DNA of 64,000 nucleotides from an uncultured bacterium (GTDB taxonomy: Bacteria > Babelota > Babeliae > Babelales > Vermiphilaceae). The translations under genes were made by a program, and so were the position numbers. The stretch lies in contig OY970172.1 of the NCBI GenBank assembly GCA_963707655.1, forward strand, positions 96,001 to 160,000, read 5' to 3'. This document shows positions 40,145-49,723 of this stretch, one piece after another; within the stretch, counting starts at the first letter, position 1, and every line of letters begins with the position of its first letter. The notes beneath the pieces were generated by a model, which searched no databases, was not told the origin of the DNA, and was given only the letters and a program-made list of their open reading frames with translations.

Positions 40145-40729
40145 TTATTTTACCCAGCTAAACCAGGAAGATTTTTTGACAACTTGCTTAAGATGAGCCT
40201 TTTCTTCTTTTTGTATCTTTTGTATTTCTGGAGCAAGCATTTTGAGGGCCTGTAATTGTTCTTGTAGAGCAGCAAATTCTTGCGTTTTGGCAGCTTTTTC
40301 TACGCTTTCACAATACATAGCGTATGCATTTTTAATGGGATGATATTGTTCTAATTCTTTGCCATCTTGGTCGTAAAAAGCTGTTCTCTGCAGCTCAGCA
40401 TCTAATGATTGTGTGAGGAGAATTGAAAGAGTGGCTGATAAAGCATTCTTGGCTACTTTTTTTTGAGCTAAACTTTTTTTGTATAGTTTATTTGATTGTT
40501 TTACTTTTTTAATTGTTCTCAAAAAATCGCTAATAGTTGTTTTAGTTGCCTGTTTTTCTCGGGCAGCATCTCTTTCTTCAATTTTTTTCGCCAAGGCTTC
40601 ATTCAAGGCCGCCTGTTCGGCTTGCAATGCAGTGAGCGTGCGATCTATGGTGCTTACCGTAAGATCCATAGCATACACATGTGCGCCAAGTGAAAGAAGT
40701 AAAACAAGAGAAAGTTTGCGTAGATTCAT
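40145..40729 (-). CDS. Secreted coiled-coil protein with a Trp-rich C-terminus (array member 1)
   Basis: AAGGAG SD; signal ...AHVYA-MDL; ends SSWFSWVK. Confidence 0.75.
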   Translation of the reverse strand: MNLRKLSLVLLLSLGAHVYAMDLTVSTIDRTLTALQAEQAALNEALAKKIEERDAAREKQATKTTISDFLRTIKKVKQSNKLYKKSLAQKKVAKNALSATLSILLTQSLDAELQRTAFYDQDGKELEQYHPIKNAYAMYCESVEKAAKTQEFAALQEQLQALKMLAPEIQKIQKEEKAHLKQVVKKSSWFSWVK

Positions 40730-40867
40730 TGAGGCTCCTTTAGATAAAAAAAAGAGGTTTATTATTTTTCCTGACTAAATCGAGACTGTCGATGCTGTCT
40801 GTCTAGCTGCTAAAAAATCCCCATAATCATACACACAAAAAAATAGAAAAAGCAATCAAAAAATAAA

Positions 40868-41992
40868 TTAAGATTTGGTGGTAGAAACTTTCTGCCAGTC
40901 GAGCAAGAAGTCCAGCAGAGGTTGTATTCCCTCTTTGCTTAATGTTGAAGTGATAACAAAGGGCTCATATTTTTCCATGGCAGGCTTGAGAAAGTGAATC
41001 ATATCAACTTTATCCGCTTTGTTAAAAACATAGAGCATCTCTTTGTGTACGCCCAAATCTTCCAATATCTGGTGCACCACCGCAATGTGGGCTTCCCAGT
41101 TTGGATCTGAGATATCAATAACCTGAATGAGCAAGTCAGCATAGTGCAATTCAGAAAGAGTAGATTTAAACGCCTCAATCAAATGGTGAGGTAATTTTTG
41201 AATAAAACCAACGGTGTCGGAGATGAGACCTTTTTTCTTGCCATCAAGATAAAGCTCGCGCGTGGTAGTGTCGAGCGTTGCAAACAACTTATTTTCAGCG
41301 AGCACGTTGCTTTTGGTGAGCGCATTTAAGATGCTTGATTTTCCCGCATTGGTGTAACCAATTAAGCAAAAGAGAGGAATATTGCTTGCCAGACGTTGTT
41401 TGCGCTGTGTTTCGCGCGCTTGTTTTAAGCGCACTAATTGGCGCTTAAGTTTTAAAATACTGGTTTCAATGTGGCGGGCATCAATTTCTTTTTGTGTTTC
41501 CCCAGGTCCGGTGGTACCAATTCTTGCCCCTTGTTGGGACATATAGACACCGCGGCCAGCAAGGCGACCCTTTTTATGCTGAAACATGGCGATTTGAACT
41601 TGAAGCTTACCTTCAGCCGAATGAGAGCCTTTTTCAAAAATTTCTAAAATAAGTCGGGTACGGTCAAAAATCTGACAGTGTAAAAACTCGTTTAAATTAC
41701 GCTCTTGTTGAGCGGTCAATGGTTCTGAAATAATAATTTCTTCAAATTTTTCCTGATCACACAGCTCGCGGATCTCTTTGAGCTTGCCCAGGGTAAAGAA
41801 ATAGGTGTTATCAACTTCTCGTAATTTGATAAAAATCTCGTGGTCGTAGACAACCCCATTGGATTTCACCAGATTTTCAAACTCTTCAAAGTAAGATTGA
41901 ATGTCGGGAGTTTTGTTATAAGGAGCCTGTACACCGATAATGAGTGTTTTTGGATGTTCATTAACATCGTAGAATTTTTGTTCGCGTGCCAT
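40868..41992 (-). CDS. hflX: Ribosome-splitting GTPase HflX
   Basis: DRTRLILEIF, GPGET, GYTNAGKSS, LFATLDTT, DTVGFI, NKAD. Confidence 0.96.
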   Translation of the reverse strand: MAREQKFYDVNEHPKTLIIGVQAPYNKTPDIQSYFEEFENLVKSNGVVYDHEIFIKLREVDNTYFFTLGKLKEIRELCDQEKFEEIIISEPLTAQQERNLNEFLHCQIFDRTRLILEIFEKGSHSAEGKLQVQIAMFQHKKGRLAGRGVYMSQQGARIGTTGPGETQKEIDARHIETSILKLKRQLVRLKQARETQRKQRLASNIPLFCLIGYTNAGKSSILNALTKSNVLAENKLFATLDTTTRELYLDGKKKGLISDTVGFIQKLPHHLIEAFKSTLSELHYADLLIQVIDISDPNWEAHIAVVHQILEDLGVHKEMLYVFNKADKVDMIHFLKPAMEKYEPFVITSTLSKEGIQPLLDFLLDWQKVSTTKS

Positions 41993-42195
41993 AATACCGC
42001 TTTTTTAGATGTTTGATAGATATCAAAATAATACCCTAATTGAAAAAAATGCCAAGTCAAATTAAAAAAGAGGTTCTTTTTTGGTTCGTCGGTTAGATAA
42101 TTGCCAGATTGTTTATGAGCGCCATGCTTTGTTTTTTAGTAGGGTAATGCTAGAATAGCAATGAATAAATAAATCCCACTTTTTGAAAGTTTTTC

Positions 42196-42840
42196 ATGAA
42201 AAGAATTGTTGTTATATTTTGTTCTCTTATTGTGCCTTTCTTGGGTATGGCAGATTCTGCTGAGTGTACTTTTAATGCCGTCCAGGCAAAGGTCTTGGTT
42301 GATAAAGTTATGACCAAGTATGAGCAGGGGGTTTTTCTAGAGCATTTTAGAAAATACATAGAGAACAATGAAAATGCTGTGCAGCGTGCTCTGTCTGACT
42401 TAATGCAGAACATCAATTTGTCTGAGGATGAGCGCTATAATGCACACATGATTCTTGATCGTTATCAAGAACTGATTGCTATGGTATTTGTATACCATAC
42501 GCAAAATGCGGCGATTCAAGAAGCAAGAAAGATGCTTTTCGTAGAGAGGCTCAATGTCAGTCAATCACTATCAGCTCCTTCTCTAACAAGAGCTGATTAT
42601 GCCCGCCTCGAGCAAGAGGTGGATGCAATGCTTGCGCGTGATCCGCAATTTAGTGACTATTTTATGGCGTTAAATAAAATACAAGAACTCTATGATTGCT
42701 ATATGTCCCATGTTATGACCGCCTATCAAGAGTGGTCTGACGATATGAATGATGAGGGCTACGCGGCATTTAAGGGGCAAGAGGCGGAGATGGTAAAGAT
42801 TGCCTTTACTGCACTTGCCAGGGCACTTGAGTCTATCTAA
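42196..42840 (+). CDS. Hypothetical secreted helical protein
   Basis: MKRIVVIFCSLIVPFLG-MAD signal-like N-terminus; no recognised motif. Confidence 0.6.
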   Translation: MKRIVVIFCSLIVPFLGMADSAECTFNAVQAKVLVDKVMTKYEQGVFLEHFRKYIENNENAVQRALSDLMQNINLSEDERYNAHMILDRYQELIAMVFVYHTQNAAIQEARKMLFVERLNVSQSLSAPSLTRADYARLEQEVDAMLARDPQFSDYFMALNKIQELYDCYMSHVMTAYQEWSDDMNDEGYAAFKGQEAEMVKIAFTALARALESI

Positions 42841-42874
42841 TTTAATTAAAACTATTTTTAATGGAACTAATCTG

Positions 42875-44200
42875 ATGTTTGATTTTCTAACTAATAAATT
42901 TTCTTCTCTTTTCTCTTCACTGACGAATTCAGGAAAATTGACTGAAAAAGATGTTGATAAGACATTGCATGAGGTCAAAGAAGCTTTGTTGGAGGCCGAT
43001 GTTTCTTATGAGTTGGTAGAGGCTTTTGTACAGGACCTTAAAAAAGAGTTAGTGGGTCAAAAAGTACTCGCCGCTTTAAAGCCGGCTGAACAATTGGTTA
43101 AAGTGGTGCACGATCGCCTTAAAGCTTTTTTGGGGGGAGCGCAGCAGGAAGTTCCCTTTGCCTTTCAAATCCCGTGTGTGGTCATGGTGATGGGTTTGCA
43201 AGGGTCGGGAAAAACTACCTCCTTGGGAAAAATAGCTACCTGGATTCGCAAAGAGGCGGAAGCCAAAAAGAAAGAGCGCCGCATTTTATTGGCATCGGTT
43301 GATTTTTATAGGCCGGCGGCTGTTGACCAACTTGAAATAGTGGCCAAACAAGCGGGCGTCTCATTTTATCGATCTACCAAGACCAATCCGGTAGAGGCCT
43401 CACAAGATATTTATGCTCACTTTAAGCAAGGGCTTTATGAAGTCTTGCTTTTAGATACCGCAGGGCGCCTTCATGTAGATAATACGTTGCTCCAAGAACT
43501 GCGCGATATCGATGCGCGTTTGCATCCCAAATATAAATTATTGGTGCTTGATGCCATGACCGGCCAGGAATCATTAACAGTGGCCCGGGCTTTTGAGCAG
43601 GCGGTCGGTTTTGATTTTGCTCTCATGAGTAAAATGGATAGTGATACGCGTGGGGGAGCTGCTTTTTCATTTCGTTATGCCTTGAAAAAGCCCATACTTT
43701 TTATTGGTGTGGGAGAAAAGATGGAGGATCTTCAGCGTTTTCATCCTGATCGTATGGCGGGGCGCATTCTTGGCATGGGCGATATGGTTAGTTTGGCTGA
43801 ACAAGCGGATGAAAAGATCAAAAAGTCTGAGCAAGAGGCGGCATATAAGGCTTTTTCTAAGGGCCGTTTTACCCTGCAGGATTTTGCGGGTCAACTTTCC
43901 ATGATGGATAAATTGGGTTCTTTTTCTCAAATAGCCAAATATTTACCCGCAATGGGTGGACAGGCTTTGTCTTCAGACATGCTTGAAAAAGGTGAGCGAG
44001 AACTTAAAAAGTTTAAGGCTATTATCGGTTCAATGACGCCAAAAGAGCGATTCAGTCCTAATATCCTTGATGAATCACGAAAAAAACGTATAGCCTCGGG
44101 AGCCGGAGTTCAACCAGGCGATATAAATACTTTATTGCAGCGCTTTGAACAAAGCCAACAATATGTTAAACTATTTAATAAGTTTGGACGGTTTAAATAA
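42875..44200 (+). CDS. ffh: Signal recognition particle protein Ffh
   Basis: ALLEADV, GLQGSGKTT, DTAGR, DAMTGQ, GRILGMGD, SMTPKER; start MFDFL at 42875. Confidence 0.96.
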   Translation: MFDFLTNKFSSLFSSLTNSGKLTEKDVDKTLHEVKEALLEADVSYELVEAFVQDLKKELVGQKVLAALKPAEQLVKVVHDRLKAFLGGAQQEVPFAFQIPCVVMVMGLQGSGKTTSLGKIATWIRKEAEAKKKERRILLASVDFYRPAAVDQLEIVAKQAGVSFYRSTKTNPVEASQDIYAHFKQGLYEVLLLDTAGRLHVDNTLLQELRDIDARLHPKYKLLVLDAMTGQESLTVARAFEQAVGFDFALMSKMDSDTRGGAAFSFRYALKKPILFIGVGEKMEDLQRFHPDRMAGRILGMGDMVSLAEQADEKIKKSEQEAAYKAFSKGRFTLQDFAGQLSMMDKLGSFSQIAKYLPAMGGQALSSDMLEKGERELKKFKAIIGSMTPKERFSPNILDESRKKRIASGAGVQPGDINTLLQRFEQSQQYVKLFNKFGRFK

Positions 44201-44241
44201 ATTCTTTAATATTTTTTATCTAATTATTTTAAGGGTGATGC

Positions 44242-44484
44242 ATGGCGGTTAGAATTCGCTTGGCTCGTATTGGCACAAAAAATACTCCTTTTTATCGCAT
44301 AGTAGCTATTGACGGTAGAAAGAAAAGAGACGGAGCTTTCTTGGAAAATCTGGGCACATACGACCCACTTAAAGGCTCTTTGGTACAATTCCATGTTGAA
44401 AGAATCAACGATTGGGTATCAAAAGGTGCCGTTGTCAGTGATGCCGTAAAAAAATTACAAAAATTACACAGCGCTCAGCAATAA
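44242..44484 (+). CDS. rpsP: 30S ribosomal protein S16
   Basis: MAVRIRLARIG, PFYRIV, LGTYDP. Confidence 0.97.
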   Translation: MAVRIRLARIGTKNTPFYRIVAIDGRKKRDGAFLENLGTYDPLKGSLVQFHVERINDWVSKGAVVSDAVKKLQKLHSAQQ

Positions 44485-44551
44485 GAGCTGAAGGTATTAG
44501 AGCAAAAGATCGAATTGATTTTTGAACTACTTTTGCTCTGAGGATTTTGCA

Positions 44552-44782
44552 ATGATTAAACGAGCATTTGAACACATCGTCAAAACGGTGGTTGATAAGC
44601 CAGAATCGGTCGTTATAGAAGAATTCAACGAAGATTCAAAGGTTAAAATCACCATCAAGGTTGACGAACAAGATATTGGTAAGATTATTGGCAAAGAGGG
44701 GCGGACCATCAAGGCATTACGTGCTTTGGCCGCTGCTGTTGGCAATAAGGACCGTATGATTTCTATCGATATCATCAAATAG
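44552..44782 (+). CDS. khpA: KH-domain RNA-binding protein KhpA
   Basis: VDKPE, DIGKIIGKEGRTIKALR; synteny with rpsP. Confidence 0.9.
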   Translation: MIKRAFEHIVKTVVDKPESVVIEEFNEDSKVKITIKVDEQDIGKIIGKEGRTIKALRALAAAVGNKDRMISIDIIK

Positions 44783-46087
44783 ATGAAAATATCTATTCTT
44801 TCGGTTTTTCCCGATCTTTACGATTCATTCTTAAAAACGAGTCTATTAAAGCGCGCTCAGGATGCTGGTTTAATTTCGATAGAAACGAATAGTTTCTTTT
44901 CGTATGTTGAACCAAAAGAGCGCATAGATGCTCCTACTTTTGGCCATGGCGCAGGAATGCTCATTAAGCCTGAAGTGGTTGAGCATGGCATTAATGACAT
45001 TGAACACAGGCGCGGTAAAGCCTTTAAGGTTTTCTTTTCTCCGCATGGCAAAAAGCTGGATCAGGACTATTTGACCTCTTTGGCGCGAAGCGCTCAAGAT
45101 GCTGGACACATGATGCTTATTCCAGCTCGCTATGAGGGCATGGATGTGCGTGTTGAGGCTGAATATGCTGATGCTATTGTCTCGGTTGGCGATTTTGTGC
45201 TGATGGGAGGAGACGTGCCGGCTATGATCCTGCTCGAGGGGTTACTGCGACTGATTCCCGGTGTTGTTGGCAAGCAAGAATCTATAGAAAAAGAATCATT
45301 TTCAGGACCATTCGTTGATCACCCTGAATATACGGAACCGGTTATGTGGCATGGCAAAGAAGTGCCGGCGGTTATCCGTTCAGGAAATCATGCAGCAATG
45401 AATGAGTGGCGAATGGAAGAGGCGGCTAAAAGAACAGTAATTAATCATTTTGATTGGTTGCGTAGTTCTTCCCTTGGCGCCGAACAGAAAAAATTGGTAC
45501 GGCAGGTTTTGCCGTCACATTATGTTGCTTTGTGTCATTCTCAAGTACTTATTGGCCAAGACAAACAGGTGGGCACTACCTCGGTTACCTCTATAGATAT
45601 TCATGATATTGCCAGATCTTCGCGTACCTATGGAGTTAAAAACTTTTTTATAGTAACGCCGCTGCTTGACCAGCAAAGGATCGTGCAAACATTGCTTGAT
45701 TTTTGGCATACCGATAGTGGTATTTCTTATAACAAAAGCAGACATGAAGCGCTCAGGCCAGTTGAAATGAAAGATGACATTGATCAAGTTGTCGCCACTA
45801 TTGAGCGGCAAGAAGGGAAAAAGCCTTTGGTTGTTGCTACTTCTGCTCGTGCGGTGGGCCACGTGAGGCAAATTTCTTTTCATGATCAAGGGGTTTTGTG
45901 GGAACAAGAGCGGCCAATCCTCTTTGTTTTTGGCACAGGCAAAGGATTTTCTGAAGAATTTTTGCAGCGCTGCGACTACCTGTTGCTTCCTGTGGGTGGG
46001 TTTTCAGATTTTAATCACCTGTCGGTGAGGTCGGCCGTGGCAATTATTCTTGATCGATGGATGGGTATTATAAGCAAAAAAGCATAA
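44783..46087 (+). CDS. trmD: tRNA (guanine-N1)-methyltransferase TrmD fused to a second SPOUT domain (DUF2168/Tm1570-like)
   Basis: GHGAGM, RYEGMD, SVGDFVLMGGD, SGNHA; C-terminal domain DIHDIARSSRTYG...FGTGKG...FNHLSVRSAVAIILDR. Confidence 0.92.
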   Translation: MKISILSVFPDLYDSFLKTSLLKRAQDAGLISIETNSFFSYVEPKERIDAPTFGHGAGMLIKPEVVEHGINDIEHRRGKAFKVFFSPHGKKLDQDYLTSLARSAQDAGHMMLIPARYEGMDVRVEAEYADAIVSVGDFVLMGGDVPAMILLEGLLRLIPGVVGKQESIEKESFSGPFVDHPEYTEPVMWHGKEVPAVIRSGNHAAMNEWRMEEAAKRTVINHFDWLRSSSLGAEQKKLVRQVLPSHYVALCHSQVLIGQDKQVGTTSVTSIDIHDIARSSRTYGVKNFFIVTPLLDQQRIVQTLLDFWHTDSGISYNKSRHEALRPVEMKDDIDQVVATIERQEGKKPLVVATSARAVGHVRQISFHDQGVLWEQERPILFVFGTGKGFSEEFLQRCDYLLLPVGGFSDFNHLSVRSAVAIILDRWMGIISKKA

Positions 46088-46094
46088 AAACTGA

Positions 46095-46123
46095 TTGGCA
46101 TAAAGTATATTTTACGGTATAGT
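46095..46123 (+). promoter_or_regulatory. Putative sigma70 promoter for rplS
   Basis: TTGGCA-17 nt-TATAGT. Confidence 0.45.
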
Positions 46124-46171
46124 AAAGATTATTTATTACGCATAACTGAACCTGACTGAAAGGCTCCTTTA

Positions 46172-46573
46172 ATGAAGGCTAACAAATTTACCCGCGAAAC
46201 AATTCGTGAACTCGGTATGTATAAACGTGAATTCCCTGACTTTAAAATTGGTGATGCAATTGCAGTTCACCAAAAAATTAAAGAAGGTGATAAAGAGCGT
46301 ATTCAAATATTTGAAGGTGACGTTATTGCGATCAGTAATAATGGTGCTTCATCAACTTTCATTGTTCGTAAGATTGGTGCTAATTCAGTGCCGGTTGAAC
46401 GTATCTTCCCTTACTATTCTCCCCTTATTGAATCAGTAAAGTTTATTCGCAGAGGTCAAGTGCGTAGAGCAAAACTCTATTACATGAGAGATCGCGTTGG
46501 TAAAGCTGCTCGCGTTCGCGAAAAAGTTATCACTCGTGAACAAAAAGAGCAAGCTGCCCAGTCTGCTAAATAA
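46172..46573 (+). CDS. rplS: 50S ribosomal protein L19
   Basis: [32 protein letters not shown]. Confidence 0.97.
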   Translation: MKANKFTRETIRELGMYKREFPDFKIGDAIAVHQKIKEGDKERIQIFEGDVIAISNNGASSTFIVRKIGANSVPVERIFPYYSPLIESVKFIRRGQVRRAKLYYMRDRVGKAARVREKVITREQKEQAAQSAK

Positions 46574-46585
46574 ATCGTTATTTTC

Positions 46586-47071
46586 ATGTCTTTAGCCTTA
46601 ATGCGCATTGTCTTCTTATGTACTATAGGAGCGGTGTTTTTCTCTGGTTGTGGTCGGTCAGCGAGAGCGCGTAAGAAATCCCAAGAAAAGCATGTGGCAA
46701 CCCAGCTACAGATCCAAGAAGATCTTGTTTATGAGCTTGAGGCTAAATTACATGATATTCCTATTCCCTTTCACCCGCAGTGCGGCATTTTGCTTTCTGA
46801 GTATAGCAAAGCAAATGATTCAGTTATTTTAAAATATAATCTTGCTACCTCTTGTTCAGATTTAACCTCTTTTTATGATAAAGAGATGGAGATTCTTGGT
46901 TGGCGCCAGGTGGCTTTTATGCAGGGCATAATTTCTTTGCTCGTGTTTGAAAAGCCAGGGCGTTTGATTGCTTTCCAGATAAAGACAAAAAGAGCTGTCG
47001 ATGGTTGCGAAACTCAAGAATTGATTGTTTTTAATAGCCGGAAAACTGAATATCGAGATTCAATAAAGTAA
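46586..47071 (+). CDS. Putative lipoprotein
   Basis: Hydrophobic N-terminus ending in FSGC lipobox-like motif. Confidence 0.65.
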   Translation: MSLALMRIVFLCTIGAVFFSGCGRSARARKKSQEKHVATQLQIQEDLVYELEAKLHDIPIPFHPQCGILLSEYSKANDSVILKYNLATSCSDLTSFYDKEMEILGWRQVAFMQGIISLLVFEKPGRLIAFQIKTKRAVDGCETQELIVFNSRKTEYRDSIK

Positions 47072-47092
47072 CGTCATTGGGTGGCGAACATT

Positions 47093-47527
47093 TTATTGCT
47101 GATAATTAGGCAGTCTTACACGACGATTGTGTTTTAGATAATAGTACTCTGCGTTTCCATCTTGATTATAATAATAATATATGATACGACCCAATCTATT
47201 ATCATAAAAATGGTATGTGGCTACGGGCCTTGCTGGACGCTGATAGGCGGATGGTTGGTAGTAGTCAACATAGTCGTCGTCTTGATCATAATAAGAGCGA
47301 TCTCGAGCTCTTCTGTCCGCAGATGAACCGGCCATTACACCGACACCGGCTCCAACGGCTGCACCAATGCCGGCACCTCTACCGCCGCCGGCTAATCCAC
47401 CCAGAAGTGCGCCTCCTAAAGCTCCTCCCACTAATCCCTCAGCAGCACGATTGCGATCATCTGCCATTAATGAAGACGAAAAAAGTGTTATGCCTACAAT
47501 AAGCGCGATTTTAATATTTTGAATCAT
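47093..47527 (-). CDS. Glycine-zipper protein with signal peptide and Tyr-rich tail
   Basis: GGALGGALLGGLAGGGRGAGIGAAVGAGVG repeat. Confidence 0.75.
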   Translation of the reverse strand: MIQNIKIALIVGITLFSSSLMADDRNRAAEGLVGGALGGALLGGLAGGGRGAGIGAAVGAGVGVMAGSSADRRARDRSYYDQDDDYVDYYQPSAYQRPARPVATYHFYDNRLGRIIYYYYNQDGNAEYYYLKHNRRVRLPNYQQ

Positions 47528-47640
47528 TGTTCTATCCGTATATCAATGCTATGAATTTTTTTATTCTATACAGAAAAATTGTAACAATTTTTCTAATTGA
47601 AAATAAACAAAAAGCATTTGATACGGTAAAAATCTTAAAA

Positions 47641-49041
47641 CTACCACATTTCTGGCAATTTTGTGATGCTTCCCGCACCCAAAAGCAGTACGAGATCTTC
47701 GGCGTGTATTATCGGTTCAAGAAATGTTTTTAGTGACGCAAAATTTGATTCGCATGGAACGTAAGATACGGTGAAAGGTGGCTGTTTTGCTGCTAAAGCG
47801 TCAACTAATTTTTGTGCCGTTATGCCGGCTATTGGGGATTCGCTCGCTGCATAAATGTCGGTGATAATAAGATTGTCCAAGGGGCAAGATAGTAATGTTT
47901 CAAGAAAAAGATCCCATAATTTATGGGTGCGCGAATAGCGGTGGGGTTGAAATACGACCGTTAATTTGTTTTTTGCTCGTTTGCGTGCCATATGCACCGT
48001 TTGATAAATTTCTTCTGGGTGATGGCCATAATCATCAAAAAACTCGGCCTCTTGAAATACTCCTCTAAAAGAAAAGCGACGTTCAACGCCGGCAAAAGTG
48101 GTCAACGCATGGGCAATAGTATCAAAAGGGATATCTAGCGTATGAGCTATCGCTATAGCTGCTAAGCTATTGAGCACATTGTGGCTTCCCGGTATCGCTA
48201 AAGATGCTGTGCCAAGCACCATATTCTGGTGCTTTATGGTAAAGTGGGAGCGGTCCCCCTCCAATTGAATATTGTACGCATAAAAATCAGCAGGATGGTC
48301 AAGGCCATAGCTGATGTAGGGAGTTTTTATCGTGGGCAATAGTGAGCGTATATTTTCATTATCGGTGCATACAATAGCTTGGCCATAAAAAGGTATTGTA
48401 TCCAGAAATTTTTTAAAAGATTCTGTGATGTCGGCAAGATCATGATATGTTTCTAAATGCTCCAAATCAATATTGGTTACTATGCCGAATGTTGGCCTTA
48501 AATTAAGAAATGAGCGGTCGCTCTCATCCGCTTCGGCGACTAACAACGAACCGTTGCCTGCATGCGCATTATTCTGAATGTTTTTTAAGTAACCACCAAT
48601 AATAATAGTGGGATCAAGTTTTGCTTCAAGAAGAATATGTGCAATAAGAGATGTTGTGGTAGTTTTTCCGTGAGAGCCGGTAACCGCAATGCTATATGAG
48701 GTTCGCATAAGTTCGGCGAGCATCAATGAGCGGTGTATTACCGGAATTTTTCTACTGCGCGCAGCAACTATCTCGCTGTTCTCTCGAGAAAGAGTTGCTG
48801 AATAAGTCAGAATGTCGGTTGAATAAACAAGAACATCAATCGAAGAATCAAGACACCCTGGGGTGTTGTTTCCCTGATGGATTGAGCATCCTTTGGCGAT
48901 GAGCTGTTTTATGCTTTTCTGTTGCACATCGAGGTCGCATCCAGAAACAGTATAGCCCTTTTCGCGCAGTATTAATGCAATGCCGCTCATGCCAATGCCG
49001 CCAATGCCCATAAAATGTATATGTGTTCTTTTGTTATACAT
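47641..49041 (-). CDS. murC: UDP-N-acetylmuramate--L-alanine ligase
   Basis: HFMGIGGIGMSG, GSHGKTTT, EADESDRSF, DDYGHHP, FQPHRYSRT. Confidence 0.96.
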   Translation of the reverse strand: MYNKRTHIHFMGIGGIGMSGIALILREKGYTVSGCDLDVQQKSIKQLIAKGCSIHQGNNTPGCLDSSIDVLVYSTDILTYSATLSRENSEIVAARSRKIPVIHRSLMLAELMRTSYSIAVTGSHGKTTTTSLIAHILLEAKLDPTIIIGGYLKNIQNNAHAGNGSLLVAEADESDRSFLNLRPTFGIVTNIDLEHLETYHDLADITESFKKFLDTIPFYGQAIVCTDNENIRSLLPTIKTPYISYGLDHPADFYAYNIQLEGDRSHFTIKHQNMVLGTASLAIPGSHNVLNSLAAIAIAHTLDIPFDTIAHALTTFAGVERRFSFRGVFQEAEFFDDYGHHPEEIYQTVHMARKRAKNKLTVVFQPHRYSRTHKLWDLFLETLLSCPLDNLIITDIYAASESPIAGITAQKLVDALAAKQPPFTVSYVPCESNFASLKTFLEPIIHAEDLVLLLGAGSITKLPEMW

Positions 49042-49143
49042 AAACAATTAGTCCTTTCTCAAAGATGCAATTGCCCTCAATCATAACAAAATAACGACTA
49101 TGAACCAAGTCTCATCTGTTTTCTTAAGATGATATGATTAATG

Positions 49144-49500
49144 TTATAGGAGTTTTCGCAACGCGATGAGCTGCTGCTTGAGATCGAGTAACTGCTCCAG
49201 GAGGATGTTTTGTGGCTGCTCTTCTGCTATGTCGAATGTCGTGACTTGAGCCCCTTTGATGCCCGGGCTTTTTCTATAAATCTCTTTTTTTGCGCCTGCT
49301 ATGGTAAATCCTCGTTCATAGAGTAATTCTTTAATGTGCTGAAATCTTTCAAGATCATCATCATTATAAAAGCGCTGCCCACCTTCGGAGCGGTATGTTT
49401 TAAAGTTAAATTCTTTTTCCCAAAAACGAATCACAAATTTTTCAACGGATAATTTCTCGGCTAAATCACCAATACGGAAAAGACGTTTTTGCATTTTCAC
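49144..49500 (-). CDS. MerR-family HTH transcriptional regulator
   Basis: FRIGDLA, VIRFWEKEF, GGQRFY, LLYERGFTIAGA. Confidence 0.9.
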   Translation of the reverse strand: MKMQKRLFRIGDLAEKLSVEKFVIRFWEKEFNFKTYRSEGGQRFYNDDDLERFQHIKELLYERGFTIAGAKKEIYRKSPGIKGAQVTTFDIAEEQPQNILLEQLLDLKQQLIALRKLL

Positions 49501-49723
49501 TTTCAGCTCCTTAAATTTTTTCTCTTAACTATGATCAAGAAGATCTCTGATATTCTATAGCGTAACTGACAGAAGATGTAAATGATGAGCATGAGAAGTT
49601 GGTGAAAAAGGTGATTGGCAAGCACTTCATTTATATGATATTATTAAACGGTTCTTTTAGAGAGGCGTAGCTCTCTGTTTGCCGAAAATATACTATCATT
49701 AATCGAAGGTTTATCTTACTGCT

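Noticed and set aside
38517..40729. Integron cassette array or CRISPR-like array
   Set aside because: The hairpins lack RYYYAAC/GTTRRRY attC boxes, no integrase is present, and the repeats are neither identical nor regularly spaced
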